In this document: positions 38,433-49,320 of the stretch, in pieces
Layout of the letters: every line of letters begins with the position of its first letter
How positions within the stretch are numbered: position 1 is the stretch's first letter
Assembly (NCBI GenBank): GCA_030390025.1
Contig: CM059429.1
Coordinates: 34,100,001-34,164,000, forward strand
Length of the DNA: 64,000 nt
Direction: 5' to 3'
Source of the DNA: Squalus acanthias
Taxonomy: Eukaryota
Notes under the pieces: model-generated
What the model saw: the letters and a program-made list of their open reading frames with translations, nothing else
Database searches by the model: none
What the model was told of the DNA's origin: nothing
Position numbers and translations under genes: made by a program

Positions 38433-38930
38433 GGGCCGTATTTTGCGACCCTCGCCCGTAGGGGCCATGCAAGTGCCGGGTTTAGGCATGCAAAGCGCAT
38501 GCACTAAAACCCGGCACTTGCGATCTGTCAAGAAGATCCTCCACATCCCTGGGGAAAAGGCCTCCGCGGGTGGAGTGTTGCGCTATTTGCTCAACCTCTG
38601 CTCGCTGAAAGGCCGTGGAATTCTTATGTCTGGTAAAAGCAGGCGTAAGGCTTGCTTTTTACCAGCATGAGTTTTAAAAAATAGAAAAATAAAATTTTAT
38701 CACTCACTTGTACATTAAAAACCCTGTCCAATAAGGTATGTTTATTTTAGCCCTGTTAAAACATATACATTTTTTCCAAAAAATTAAATTTGTTTAAAAT
38801 ATTTAATTAAATGCCATTTTAATTAATTTTATATTTGTAATTAAAAATTTTTATTTCATGTGTTCATGTATTTTTAAGTCATCCCCATTCATACTTATGA
38901 CCGTTCCATACGTACGGTACTTTTAAAATA
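38433..38930. mobile_element. Harbinger-like non-autonomous element, truncated
   Basis: GGGCCGTATTTTGC start; shares tgcgatctgtcaag, gatcctccacatcc and ggtaaaagcaggcgta...ttttaccagc with 17416-18154. Confidence 0.65.
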
Positions 38931-39249
38931 ACTTGATGGCTTCCTTGAAAGGTGGGCTAAGTGAGATCCTTAATGAATGGGTCTGTGTGGGTTGTGCTAA
39001 TAGACAAAAAAAAGTCTCCAGTCTAATATCTGTCCCGAGTCACATGATCTCACGGCAGCAGTAAGGGTGCATCATTGGTCTCTGTATCCCAAGGCCGGGG
39101 GAGGACATTGGTCAAGCCCACTGCTTCTGATTGCTATCTAGCAACACATGCAGAAAAGTGTTCGAGAGACTGGGTTGGGTTGTAAGCTTCCCAAAGTCAA
39201 ATAACCGTTCAACACTCACTATCGAGGCTTGCACAGCAAGAAACAAAGA

Positions 39250-39793
39250 GATCGTGCTAGAACTTTAAAAATCACTGGTTAGGCCTCAGCTGGAGTATTG
39301 TGGACAATTCTAGGTACCACATTTCAGGAAAGATGCAAAGGCATTATAAAGGGTGCAGCGGAGGTTTACCAGGGATGAGGGATTTCAGTTATGAGGAGAG
39401 GTTAGGACTGTTCTCGTTGGAACAGGGAAGGGTAAGAGGTGACCTAATAGAGGTTTTCAAGATGATGGGTTTTGATAAAGTAAATAGGGAAAAATATCCC
39501 TCTGGCGAGTGGGTCAATAACTAGAGGTCATAGATTCAAAATCATTGGATAACAATCTAGAGGGGAGATGAGAAATCTTTTCACTGAGTTGTCGGGATCT
39601 GGAATGCTCTACCTGAAAGAGATGGAAGCTGATTCTATAAATAATAAGAGTTGGTCAGGTAATTGAGGATGAGCAACTTATAGGGTTACGGACAAAAAGC
39701 GGGGATGTGGGACTGAGCACGACTGCTCTTTCAAAGAGCCAGCACAGGCACGATGGGCCGAATGGCCTCCTTCTGTGCTGTAAGTTTCTATGA
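39250..39793 (+). mobile_element. CR1 LINE 3' fragment
   Basis: GMRDFSYEERLGLFSLEQGRVRGDLIEVFKMM; 3' end gggccgaatggcctccttctgtgctgtaagtttctatga. Confidence 0.88.
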
Positions 39794-41984
39794 ATGTCCA
39801 CTTGAGTGAGTGCCAGAGGGATGCTTGGGCTTGTAGAACAATAGCCCAATGTTAGTGAACCCCTTCAGGGTGAGGAGAGCAAAGTGAAAAAGGAAAGAAA
39901 AATGTTTGTTGCTTGCAGGTGGAATATTTTCATGTATTGAGGTGTAGACTTGTTTGATTGCATGTGCAGTGAGTTCCTGGTTTTTGTTTTTGGGATGAAA
40001 AATACATTCCTGCAATGAAGAATCAACTTGGGACTGTCCTTTCCCTCTACGAATGGGGAAAAGCAGCAAAACCTTCAATTGGAATCATAGCAAAAAATTT
40101 TAAACATGTAATTAACAGATCACACAGCAGAGTTCTGAAAGCCTCTGAACAGAATTGGTTGTCAAAATGATTGAAATCATTAGGATTTTGTAAACCTGAG
40201 TTACAATGCTGTGATGGGAAAATAACTTTGTTAATTATTTTTGAACATGAACTTAAATCCCAACAGTTGATCTCCAGCCATAAAGCTGGCTGTTAATGTT
40301 ACCCCTGTACATCTGTTCTGTAAAATTAATTCAAATTTCAGGGTGTTGCAGATGAAGATTGTAAAATCAATTTTTTTTCGGAGACGGATGTTTTCTGAAT
40401 TGACATATTTGGGTACTTTTTTCCTTGGACCTTTTTGTGTCTGGAAATTTCATCAATTGTTTTAAATTCTGAAATGTGTTCTTACACAGAAAATTTGGAG
40501 TGTATTTGTCAGTGTACTGGAAGTGCACACTACAGCTTTTAGTTTAAAATCCTATTGAGCAGAAGTGCAATAGTAGTTTCACATGCTAGACATTGTGTAC
40601 AAAATGCTGACCATATTTGTTCCCTATCTAGTACATTTTCTTTGTTTTTGCTGCTTGATTTGTGCACTGCTGGAGTTTAGTTAAATTTTAACACGGGCCT
40701 TTTGAAGTGATTTAGACTTTATACTTCACAAATGCTTTCCACATTGAATTGAAGAAAACTAATGGATCTAAGTGCACTTGCCTGAGATGAACGCATTTTT
40801 CAGCAAGTGTTGATGCTAAATTAGTTAGTCTGAAATGGGGTCTTCTGTTGAACTTGTTTTTATTTCTTGGCTGTTCATGCTGTTGATGTATCTATATATA
40901 GCCTGTGCTCTTTGGAGTCAACAATGCAGTCATCTGAGTACAAGATCTTTATTCCATGTTTCAACAGCCGCTAGACAGTTTTAAAAATAAAAGTTAAGTG
41001 GAAGGGAAAATAATTGAGTTGTACATTTTATGCAAGGTAGGTTAATGAATTGTTGAATTTGTGTTTAACATTAAACAGCTTACAATGCTGTTTGAATTTT
41101 TGTTCAAGCGCTATCCTTGTAGTAAGTGCGAATTTAATACTTCATGTTGAAATGTTTACAAGTAGGAGGAGCCCATGTTCATTTCTCAAATATTTGTTCT
41201 TTTAATGTTTGTTAAGGTGGTTTGCAAGTGCCAATAATGTCTTCTACTTGATTTGTGGCTGATTTGTAGTGAAGTTTTAACTGTTGTGTAGGTTTTATGA
41301 GGCATAAGTTACTTTTATCTTGTAGTTTGTGTTTCACACTAAGGATTTCTTGTTTGAAATTTTTACTGGACCTGTGTAAGTGATTGGTAGGTATGGCTAA
41401 CTTGGTTTCTGTGACTGCATTTGCTGTTATTTGCTTCACATTTTGTACTTGTATAATGGACAAAATGAGTACGGGCATTAGAAGTTTGAGCTTCAGGTAT
41501 TTGTTTTCACAGGCTTAAAAGTGTAAATATCACTATTTATAACTACAAATGTAATTCAGGCACACATTTGCTGCAATAATTTTGACTTTTTAGAAATATA
41601 ATTAAAAGTTTCTGATCATTTAATTTGACTTTTACACTTCATTTGTCTGAACTTTTTTTGAGATGGGGCACCCATTTGAATTGGACTCTTAATTTATTTT
41701 TTATGATCCACGATTTCCGTGTGTGTGTGTGTTTTTTTTTGAACGTTGAGATTAGTCAACTTTTTTAAAATCTCGTGCACTTTCACATATATACTTTGAT
41801 AATTGCACTTCAAATGAACAGTATATTGAAATTTGAGGCTGATCTACTCCATTCAGTTTTTTCTGGCTTTATGCAGAACCTTTTTGTTAATGTTTGTAAT
41901 GGATCAAAATCAGGCCATCAGTGTGTTCAGATGTAAAAACTAAGTTAGCAAAACGTTAGTGCGAGCCCTCCTAGGATGACTCCA

Positions 41985-42333
41985 GTATCTGAGGCATGCA
42001 GATCATGAAGGCCTGGATTCTGTCCCTGGTCTGTGCGGAGTTAAATGGTCAGTCAGTAAGAGTGCTACAAACTTGGTATCCCGAGTTAGGGTGATGAAAA
42101 TGGTCAAGGTTTCTCAATCCTAATCGCCATTTAGTTGTGTCTGGTATGGGTAGGGTAAGGTCCCTCTGTTGTGATGCACTTTGCGGAATAGTGTGTCATT
42201 GATTATCACTATCAAAGCTCAGGTATGTGAATAATGGCCATTTTAGATGAGGAACTGGAGGGTGCCCAACAACTGTGGAATAGTACCCTAGCAAGCAATC
42301 AAAGTCTTAGTGAGGTGAAAAAAGAAAGGAAAT
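41985..42333 (+). mobile_element. AmnSINE2-like SINE
   Basis: ccctggtctgtgcggagtta...gtgctacaa...gtgatgc...aatggccatttt...ggagggtgccc...gtggaa...tacccta. Related fragments lie at ~18.9-19.3, 20.2-20.5, 26.6-26.7, 39.0-39.2 and 48.8-49.0 kb. Confidence 0.6.
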
Positions 42334-43095
42334 AGTAAGAAGTTTGTATGTGCCCATATTAACTCCGCATTGATGCAGGCAGATAAAGAATTCAGCATCA
42401 AAATACAAAAGCTAATAAGGGGGAAACTTGCATGAAACTCCGAAGAAAATTATTAAAAAGCTGTAAGCGACAACTTAATTGCCCATCTACCCATAATTTG
42501 TCTCCTACAGTTGATGATTCAAAATATGATGTCAACTGAAAAATGTCTGTTAGTACCATGGTTTCTAAAGTGCTTCCCTGGACCTGTAGCAGTGAACTAG
42601 GACAGCTTGTTTGTGCTGTGATTGCCTTCCAGAGAACAAATGAGTGTTCAAAGAAAGAAAGACACTTGTAGTCTGGATGGAGATTGGATTCTATTTGGTT
42701 TAGGAGGAGGGGAGGAGTTGGGCAAGTGTATTTTTAAAGATTGGGGCTTACAGCAATGAGATCTGTTTTTCCAAATGTATATACTTTTGAATATTCTTGG
42801 GAGGAGTGTTGGGTTATGGGGAGTTAGTGACTAATATTTTTCATCTTAGTCTGTGTATAAAACACTGAATAACTCGTGTCCCTGATGCTGCTGTAACTTA
42901 ACGGCTGAGGAGTGAAGAGAAGATTTGTATTGATTTAAGTTTCTGCATTCATTTGGTTACTTATGTAAATTTAAAAATTATAATTTGTTGTAATGACGCA
43001 CCTTAAGTAACAGTTTTTAAAAGCAGCCATCAGAGGTTAACCTTGCAACAGGTGGACAATGTGCCCTTAAAGTTGTTGAAACTTTGTCTCTTCAG

Positions 43096-43211
43096 GAACC
43101 TATTATCCAGCAACACAGGGAGTGCAACCATATTCTGCACCAGTGGCACCTGCCACTGTTATGATAAACCCAGCGCAGCCACAAATGCCTCCAAAAAGAG
43201 AACGTAAACAG
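43096..43211 (+). CDS. EIF4G1: eIF4G1 coding exon: (G)TYYPATQGVQPYSAPVAPATVMINPAQPQMPPKRERKQ
   Basis: Acceptor tgtctcttcag|, donor CAG|GTAGGT, 116 nt, phase 1/0. KRERK begins the PABP-binding segment. Confidence 0.96.
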
Positions 43212-43905
43212 GTAGGTCTGCTGCTAAACTGCCATTCCCTTTGGTAGGTTATTACAGATTTTTGCCATGATTAAAGTCTAATGTGCTTGTGTTGAATTAA
43301 TCTCTCAAAACTAGGTTGTTTGCAAGCTTAGCTAACTGTCAGTGAGATGCTTCTAATGGAAATTAACCATTTTTGGTACATTTCTTCTAAATTAGGTACT
43401 GTTTTATTCTAACATGTCTGCTACTGAGGATTGATGTGAAAGTCCTTGTGCAATTACTCTAATGTGGTCTGTTGCCTTACAAAAGAATATAATTTACAAT
43501 ACCAATATTTTTTTCTCACTCCAGCACTGTTAATGTGTCTTGCTACTTAAAGGCACTTCATTCCTTTAAATTAAGCCCAAAAAAGGTTTTTAAACAAACC
43601 TTAAGGCACTTAGGAAGATTTTCACTAGCAATACTGCTTTAAATTGTTTATTTTGCTTATTTTGGTATAATACTATGTTTTGAGATCAATTAATAGTTGT
43701 TTCTAGCTTAACTTCTAGCAGCTCTACTCATCCCAAAAGAAGGAAAAGAAAGAACTTGTATTTATATAGTATCTTTCATGTCCTTAGGACTTCCCAAAGA
43801 ACGTCACAGCTAATGAATTAGTTTTTAAAGTATCGCACTGTTATGTAGGCAAACATGACGGCCAATTTGTGCACAACATGATTCCACGCCAATTGATCAG
43901 TTAAC

Positions 43906-44631
43906 CACCCAGAATTTGCTGGAGTGGAGCATCTCGCGGCGTACCCCATTGGAGATTTGTTCCTTCACCCTTTAGCTCACATTCTTTGTGCTTCAATTTG
44001 CTGGAAATGCAAGTTGATGGCGTGGTACGGTCAATGGGGCATCTGGGACCTCCTGAACACCGGAACCAACAGTTTATCTCTTTAACCAATTAATTTAAAG
44101 GATACAAAAAGAAACTGGAACGACGGAGAAGGAAATATGGTGAATTAGAGTCAAATTAGATACAGAAAGAGAAATAAAGAGGGAAAGATTGGATTGAGAG
44201 AGAAAAAGAGACAGAAAAAGTAAAATCAGTTTTTTTTTAAAAAAAGTAAAATTTAATACATGTATTTGGAATAAAAAACCTAGGAACAATTTACTACCTG
44301 CAGGAGTGAGACTCTCGCTTCCTTTCTGGGCAGGAGCGATTGAGTAACATTGTAGGAATATAAATCTAGTCATTAATAGGGTCCTTGCATCGCTAAATAC
44401 CAACCCTAACTTTCTGTGGCGAGTTTAATTTGTTTTAACAGCTAAATGCAGCAATTTCTTGAAACTCATGGTTAAGTTGATGGCGAGGTTAATGGTGGAG
44501 CAGGAGCAAATCGGCTAGCAATTTGTGGCAATTCGCAACTCGCGGCGTATCTCTGCTACAAATTGCTGGTTTTTTTTATGCACTAATAACGGCAAGCGCA
44601 TTTAACTTATTTTCCCAGCAAATTCTGGGCC
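43906..44631. mobile_element. Non-autonomous TIR element inserted in a SINE
   Basis: Perfect 15-bp inverted repeat CCCAGAATTTGCTGG (43908-43922) and CCAGCAAATTCTGGG (44615-44629). Confidence 0.75.
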
Positions 44632-44706
44632 AATATGTTTTTGGTGGTTTTGGATGAGGGACTAATGTTGGTCCGACACGAGGAGAACTTCCTCGCTACT
44701 TTTCGA

Positions 44707-46295
44707 ATCATAGATCATAGAAGATAGGAGCAGGAGTAGGCCATTCGGCCCCTCGAGCCTGCTCCGCCATTCAATGAGATCATGGCTGATCATCCAAATT
44801 CAGTACCCTGTCCCTGCCTTCTCCCCATATCCCTTGATCCCTTTAGCCTTAAGAAATATATCTAACTCCTTCTTGAATATATTTAATGAATTGGCCTCAA
44901 CTGCCTTCTGTGGTAGAGAATTCCACAGGTTCACCACTCTCTGGGTGAAGAAATTCCTCCTCATCTCAGTCCTAAATGGCTTACCCCTTATCCTTAGACT
45001 GTGACCCCTGGTTCTGGACTCCCCGGCCATCGGGAACATCCTTCCTGCATCTAGTCTGTCTAGTCCTGTTAGAATTTTATAAGTTTCAATGCGATCCCCT
45101 CGCATTCTTCTAAACTCCAGCGAGTATAAGCCCAGTCGACCCAATCTCTCCTCATGTCATTCCTGCCATCCCACGTATGAATCTGGTGAATCTTTGCTGC
45201 ACTCCCTCCATGGCAAGAACATCCTTCCTCAGATAAGGCGACCAAAACTGCACACAATACTCAAGGTGTGGTCTCACCAAGGCTCTGTACAACTGCAGCA
45301 AGACATCCTTGTTCCTGTACTCGAACCCTCTCGCTACGAAGGCCAACATACCATTTGCCGCCTTAACCGCCTGCTGCACCTGCATGCTTACCTTCAGCGA
45401 CTGGTGCACAAGGACTCCCAGGTCTCTTTGCACTTCCCCTTCTCCCAATCTATTGCCGTTCAGATAATCTGCCTTCCTGTTTTTTGCCACCAAAGTGGAT
45501 AACCTTGCATTTATCCACATTGGGCAGATGCATGGCAAATGCAGTACAATCACCCAACCTATCCAAATCATACTGGAGTTTCTCGGCATCCTCCTCACAG
45601 CTCACACGCCAACCTAGCTTTGTGTCGACTGCAAACTTGTAGATATTACATCTAGTTCCCTCGTCTAGAGCATGAATATATATTGTGAATAGCTGGGGTC
45701 CTAGGGCCGATCCCTGCGGTACACCACTAGTCACTGCCTGCCACTCGGAAAAAGACCTGTTTATTCCAACTCTTTGCTTCCTGTCTGCCAACCAGTTCTC
45801 TATCCAAGTCAGTACCCTGCCCCCAATCCCATGTGCCTTAACTTTACACGCTAATCTCTTATGCGGGACCTTATCGAAAGCCTTCTGAAAGTCCAAATAC
45901 ACCACATCCACTGATTCGCCCTGTATCTATTTTCCCAGTTACATCCTCAAAAAATTCCAGTAGATTAGTCAAGCACGATTTACCTTTTGTAAATCCATGT
46001 TGACTTTGACCGATCCTGTCACTGTTTTCCAAGTGCTCTGCCATTACATCTTTTATAATGGACTCTAGCATTTTCCCCACTACCGATGTCAGGCTTACCG
46101 GTCTATAATTCCCCGTTTTCTCTCTACCACCTTTTTTGAATAGTGGGGTGACATTAGCTACCCTCCAATCCATGGGAACTGTTCCAGAGTCTATAGAATT
46201 TTGGAAGATGACCAGTAATGCATCTACTATTTCTAGGGCCACTTCCTTAAGTACCCTAGGATGTAGATTATCAGGCCCTAGGGATTTATCGGCCT
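44707..46295 (-). mobile_element. CR1 LINE, 5'-truncated; RT domain with frameshifts
   Basis: ORF pieces GPDNLHPRVLKE, NYRPVSLTSVVGK, QHGFTKGKSCLTNL, VVYLDFQKAFDKVPH, GVPQGSALGP, KFAVDTKL (catalytic DD lost) and [15 protein letters not shown]. Confidence 0.96.
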
Positions 46296-46556
46296 GATAA
46301 TCTACCATGAAATGCCATGAAATCTTCAGACAGGGCCTCAGCTTAACATCCCATCTGAAAGACAACACCTCTGATAGTTTCTTCATTTACCCTGGATTAT
46401 GGCCACTTGTAGTTGGGGCGGATAAGTGCTTAAAGTGGATTCAATTTCGGAATTTAAATGTGGATAGTTCTAATCCATTTTTGGTTGAGATGCTGACTTA
46501 CTGTGCTGGAGGTATTGGTTTCACTAGAAACTAAATGGTTTAAACCATTCCTCTAT

Positions 46557-47306
46557 CATATAAGAACATAAGAAATAGGAGCAGGAGTAGGCCAATTGGC
46601 CCCTCGAGCCTGCTCCGCCATTCAATAAGATCATGGCTGATCTGATCCTAACCGCCAATCTACTATCACAGAACCATCTCCTGAACCTAACAGAATTGGA
46701 CACACGAAATAGGAGCAGGATCAGGCTACACGGCCCCTGGGCCCGCTATGGTACCCACAGGGCCATGACCGATCCGAACCTAGACTCATGTCCAAATTCC
46801 TGCCTGCTCCCCGTAATCCTTAATTCCCTTTACTTCTAGGAAACTGTCTCTTTCTGTTTTAAATTTATGTAATGATGTAGCTTCTACAGCTTTTTGGGGC
46901 AGCATATTCCATGGACCTACCACCCTCTGAGTGAAGTAGTTCCTTCTCATCTCAGTTTTGAAAGAGCAGCCCCTTATTCTAAGACTCTACCCCCTAGTTC
47001 TAGTTTCACCCATTATCGGGAACATCCTCCCCGCATCCACCCGATCCAACCCCTTCACAATCTTCTATGTTTCAATAAGATCGCCTCTCATTCTTCTGAA
47101 CTCCAATGAGTAGAGTCCCAATCTACCCAACCTCTCCTCATATGTCCATCCCCTCATCCCCGGGATTAACCGAGTGAACCTTCTTTGTACTGACTCGAGA
47201 GCAAGTATGTCTTTTCTGAAGTATGGACACCAAAACTGTATGCAGTATTCCAGGTGCGGTCTCACCAATACCTTGTACAACTGAAGCAATACCTCCCTAT
47301 TTTTAT
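46557..47306 (-). mobile_element. CR1 3' fragment with duplicated terminal module
   Basis: [17 protein letters not shown]...[10 protein letters not shown]; 3' UTR near-identical to 13542-13895. Confidence 0.93.
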
Positions 47307-47562
47307 CCTTTTATTAAAGCGACATAGCTTTTCAGTTCTGACCATGTGGATATTTAGTGTACGTGAGTTATGAGATCAGCTTTACAGTATTAAACATGTT
47401 ATCAGTTACAAAATGTTATTTTTTTCCCTCACTTGTCCTCTACATAAATAGCAATATACTATTCTCCACAGGGTGAAATTAAATTTAAGGCACTGTCTCT
47501 TAACAGCTTGACACCATTGAGTCTCTGTTTTCATCAGATGACCTTTCCCACTCTAAGACCTT

Positions 47563-48330
47563 GGGCTGGATTTTGTCGTTGGGGCGGGACTGCTGGTTGT
47601 CAGGTTTCAGTCCTGCGGCCAACCCACGCTATTTTCCCTTGATTGACCTTGTTAAGCCCGCCCTGCGGGTTTAGCAGGCCAATTAAGGAAAAGCCGGTGG
47701 CGCAGGATGTCAGCGTATGACGTTTCATCTGTCAACAAAAATGTTGACCTGAATTGTCAGCGTTTGACAGCTTAGAGAAGCTGTCAAACACTGACCATCT
47801 CTGTTCTAAGGTGAGCCCTTGTACTGAAGGCTCACAAACCTGTTTCCTCAGCAGAAATTAGATGGCTGTTGCATCTGAGAATGCAGCAGCCAATCTGTAT
47901 TCTCTGCCGTTGAGATTAGGCACCTCCGGATCCCCAAGGGTTGAAGCCTGCAGGAAGAAGCAAAGGTAAGTAAACTTTTTCTAACACTTTACACTCACCT
48001 CTCATACTTACCTCTCCACACTTGCACCCATCACTCACCTCCACAGCAGACTTTTCGACCCCGCTGACCCTGGCAGGATTTCCCGACCTCTGGAAGCCTG
48101 CACTTACAGGGGTAAAATGTAGATAAGCCTCAACTTCCTGTTAACAGGCAGTTAATTGTCTGTAATCCCCATCCCGCCTCGAGGAGACTGGTCCCTGCGC
48201 GAGTCGAGGACCCGCCTCCCAGGAAGATGGCATGGAGGCGGGTTGGGAGCGAGTTCAGTACCCGCTCCCAGTTTCTGCCATTTTGCCAGCAGACCTACCT
48301 GCCTCCCCAGGGCTGGCAAAGTTCCCCCCC
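47563..48330. mobile_element. Harbinger-like non-autonomous element
   Basis: GGGCTGGATTTTGTC start and GGCAAAGTTCCCCCC end, GC-rich GGCGGG/CCCGCC subterminal motifs, internal palindrome tgtcagcgtttgacagct...agctgtcaaacactgac. Confidence 0.55.
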
Positions 48331-48957
48331 TTGTGTTTGACTTTTGGCAGTCTAGACTGTTGCGCAGTAATGCAGCGTTTACAGTTGTTTCGGTGTCTTC
48401 TGCACTTTCATTGATGTGGATTCTCACTGGGATTGTGGCACTGACCAAGATGCCAAAGATGGTGTGCATACTATTTCCTGAGGAAGTTGATGACAGAGAA
48501 GGGAAGAATCTGGAAGACTGGATAGCTACGAATCTCTTGCCTGAATTAAAATTGAGTGCTATTGAGTACACTAGGTTAAGATTATGGCCTAAATCTTTTT
48601 TCAGATTGAAGACCACGTACAGACTTACAGATATCCAGGCAGCCATACCTTTGCAGCAGTCTGGCATGGATGCTTACATTGCTGGGACTAGGATAGCAAT
48701 CTGGTCTGTAGGCCCGCACAACTGAAAATTTCAGGGCTTTCCTTTGGGATGTCAAAATAAAAACTGGAGCTTGACTGGGAATTTCCCAGATTCGGTATCT
48801 AATCTTTACTGAGCTAGTTCCATCTTAATAGGGCCACAGGGGTTGTTTTAGTGACTGGGTTAAGGCAGAAAAATCAGCCAGCCATTCTGCTTTTTATGAC
48901 TATCCAGTGTGTATATCTGGACTTGATAGGATAACTGAAGATTGGCTGTGATGCCTC

Positions 48958-49320
48958 AACAACTTGCATTAATATAATGCCTTGTAGTAAAACATCCTAA
49001 GGCTCTTCACAGGAGCGTTATCAAACAACATTTAACACGGAGTCACATGAGAGGATAGCTTGGTCAAAAGTAGGTTTTAAGGAGTGTCTTAAAGGGGGAG
49101 AGAGAGAGGTGGAGAGGTTTAAAGTGGGAATTCTAGAGCTTGGGGCCTCGGCAGCTGAAGGCATGGTTACCAATGCTGGAGTGATGAAAATCAGGGATGC
49201 GCAAGAGGCCAGAATTGGATGACTGCAGAGATCTCAGAACGTTGTAGGGCTGGAGTAGGTTTCAGATAGGGAGGGGTGAGGCCATGGAGGGATTTGAAAA
49301 CAAAGATGAGAATTTTAAAA
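48958..49320 (-). mobile_element. L2-like LINE 3' end
   Basis: aacttgcattaatataatgcctt tail (similar to the Deu-SINE tails) followed by ggttttaaggagtgtcttaaagg...ggaattctagagcttggggcct, the antisense of an L2 ORF2 C-terminus. Confidence 0.7.

Noticed and set aside
48152-48725. Overlapping 171 and 189 aa ORFs
   Set aside because: They span a TIR-element end and flanking intron, have no recognisable domain, and the + strand one starts at a non-ATG codon.
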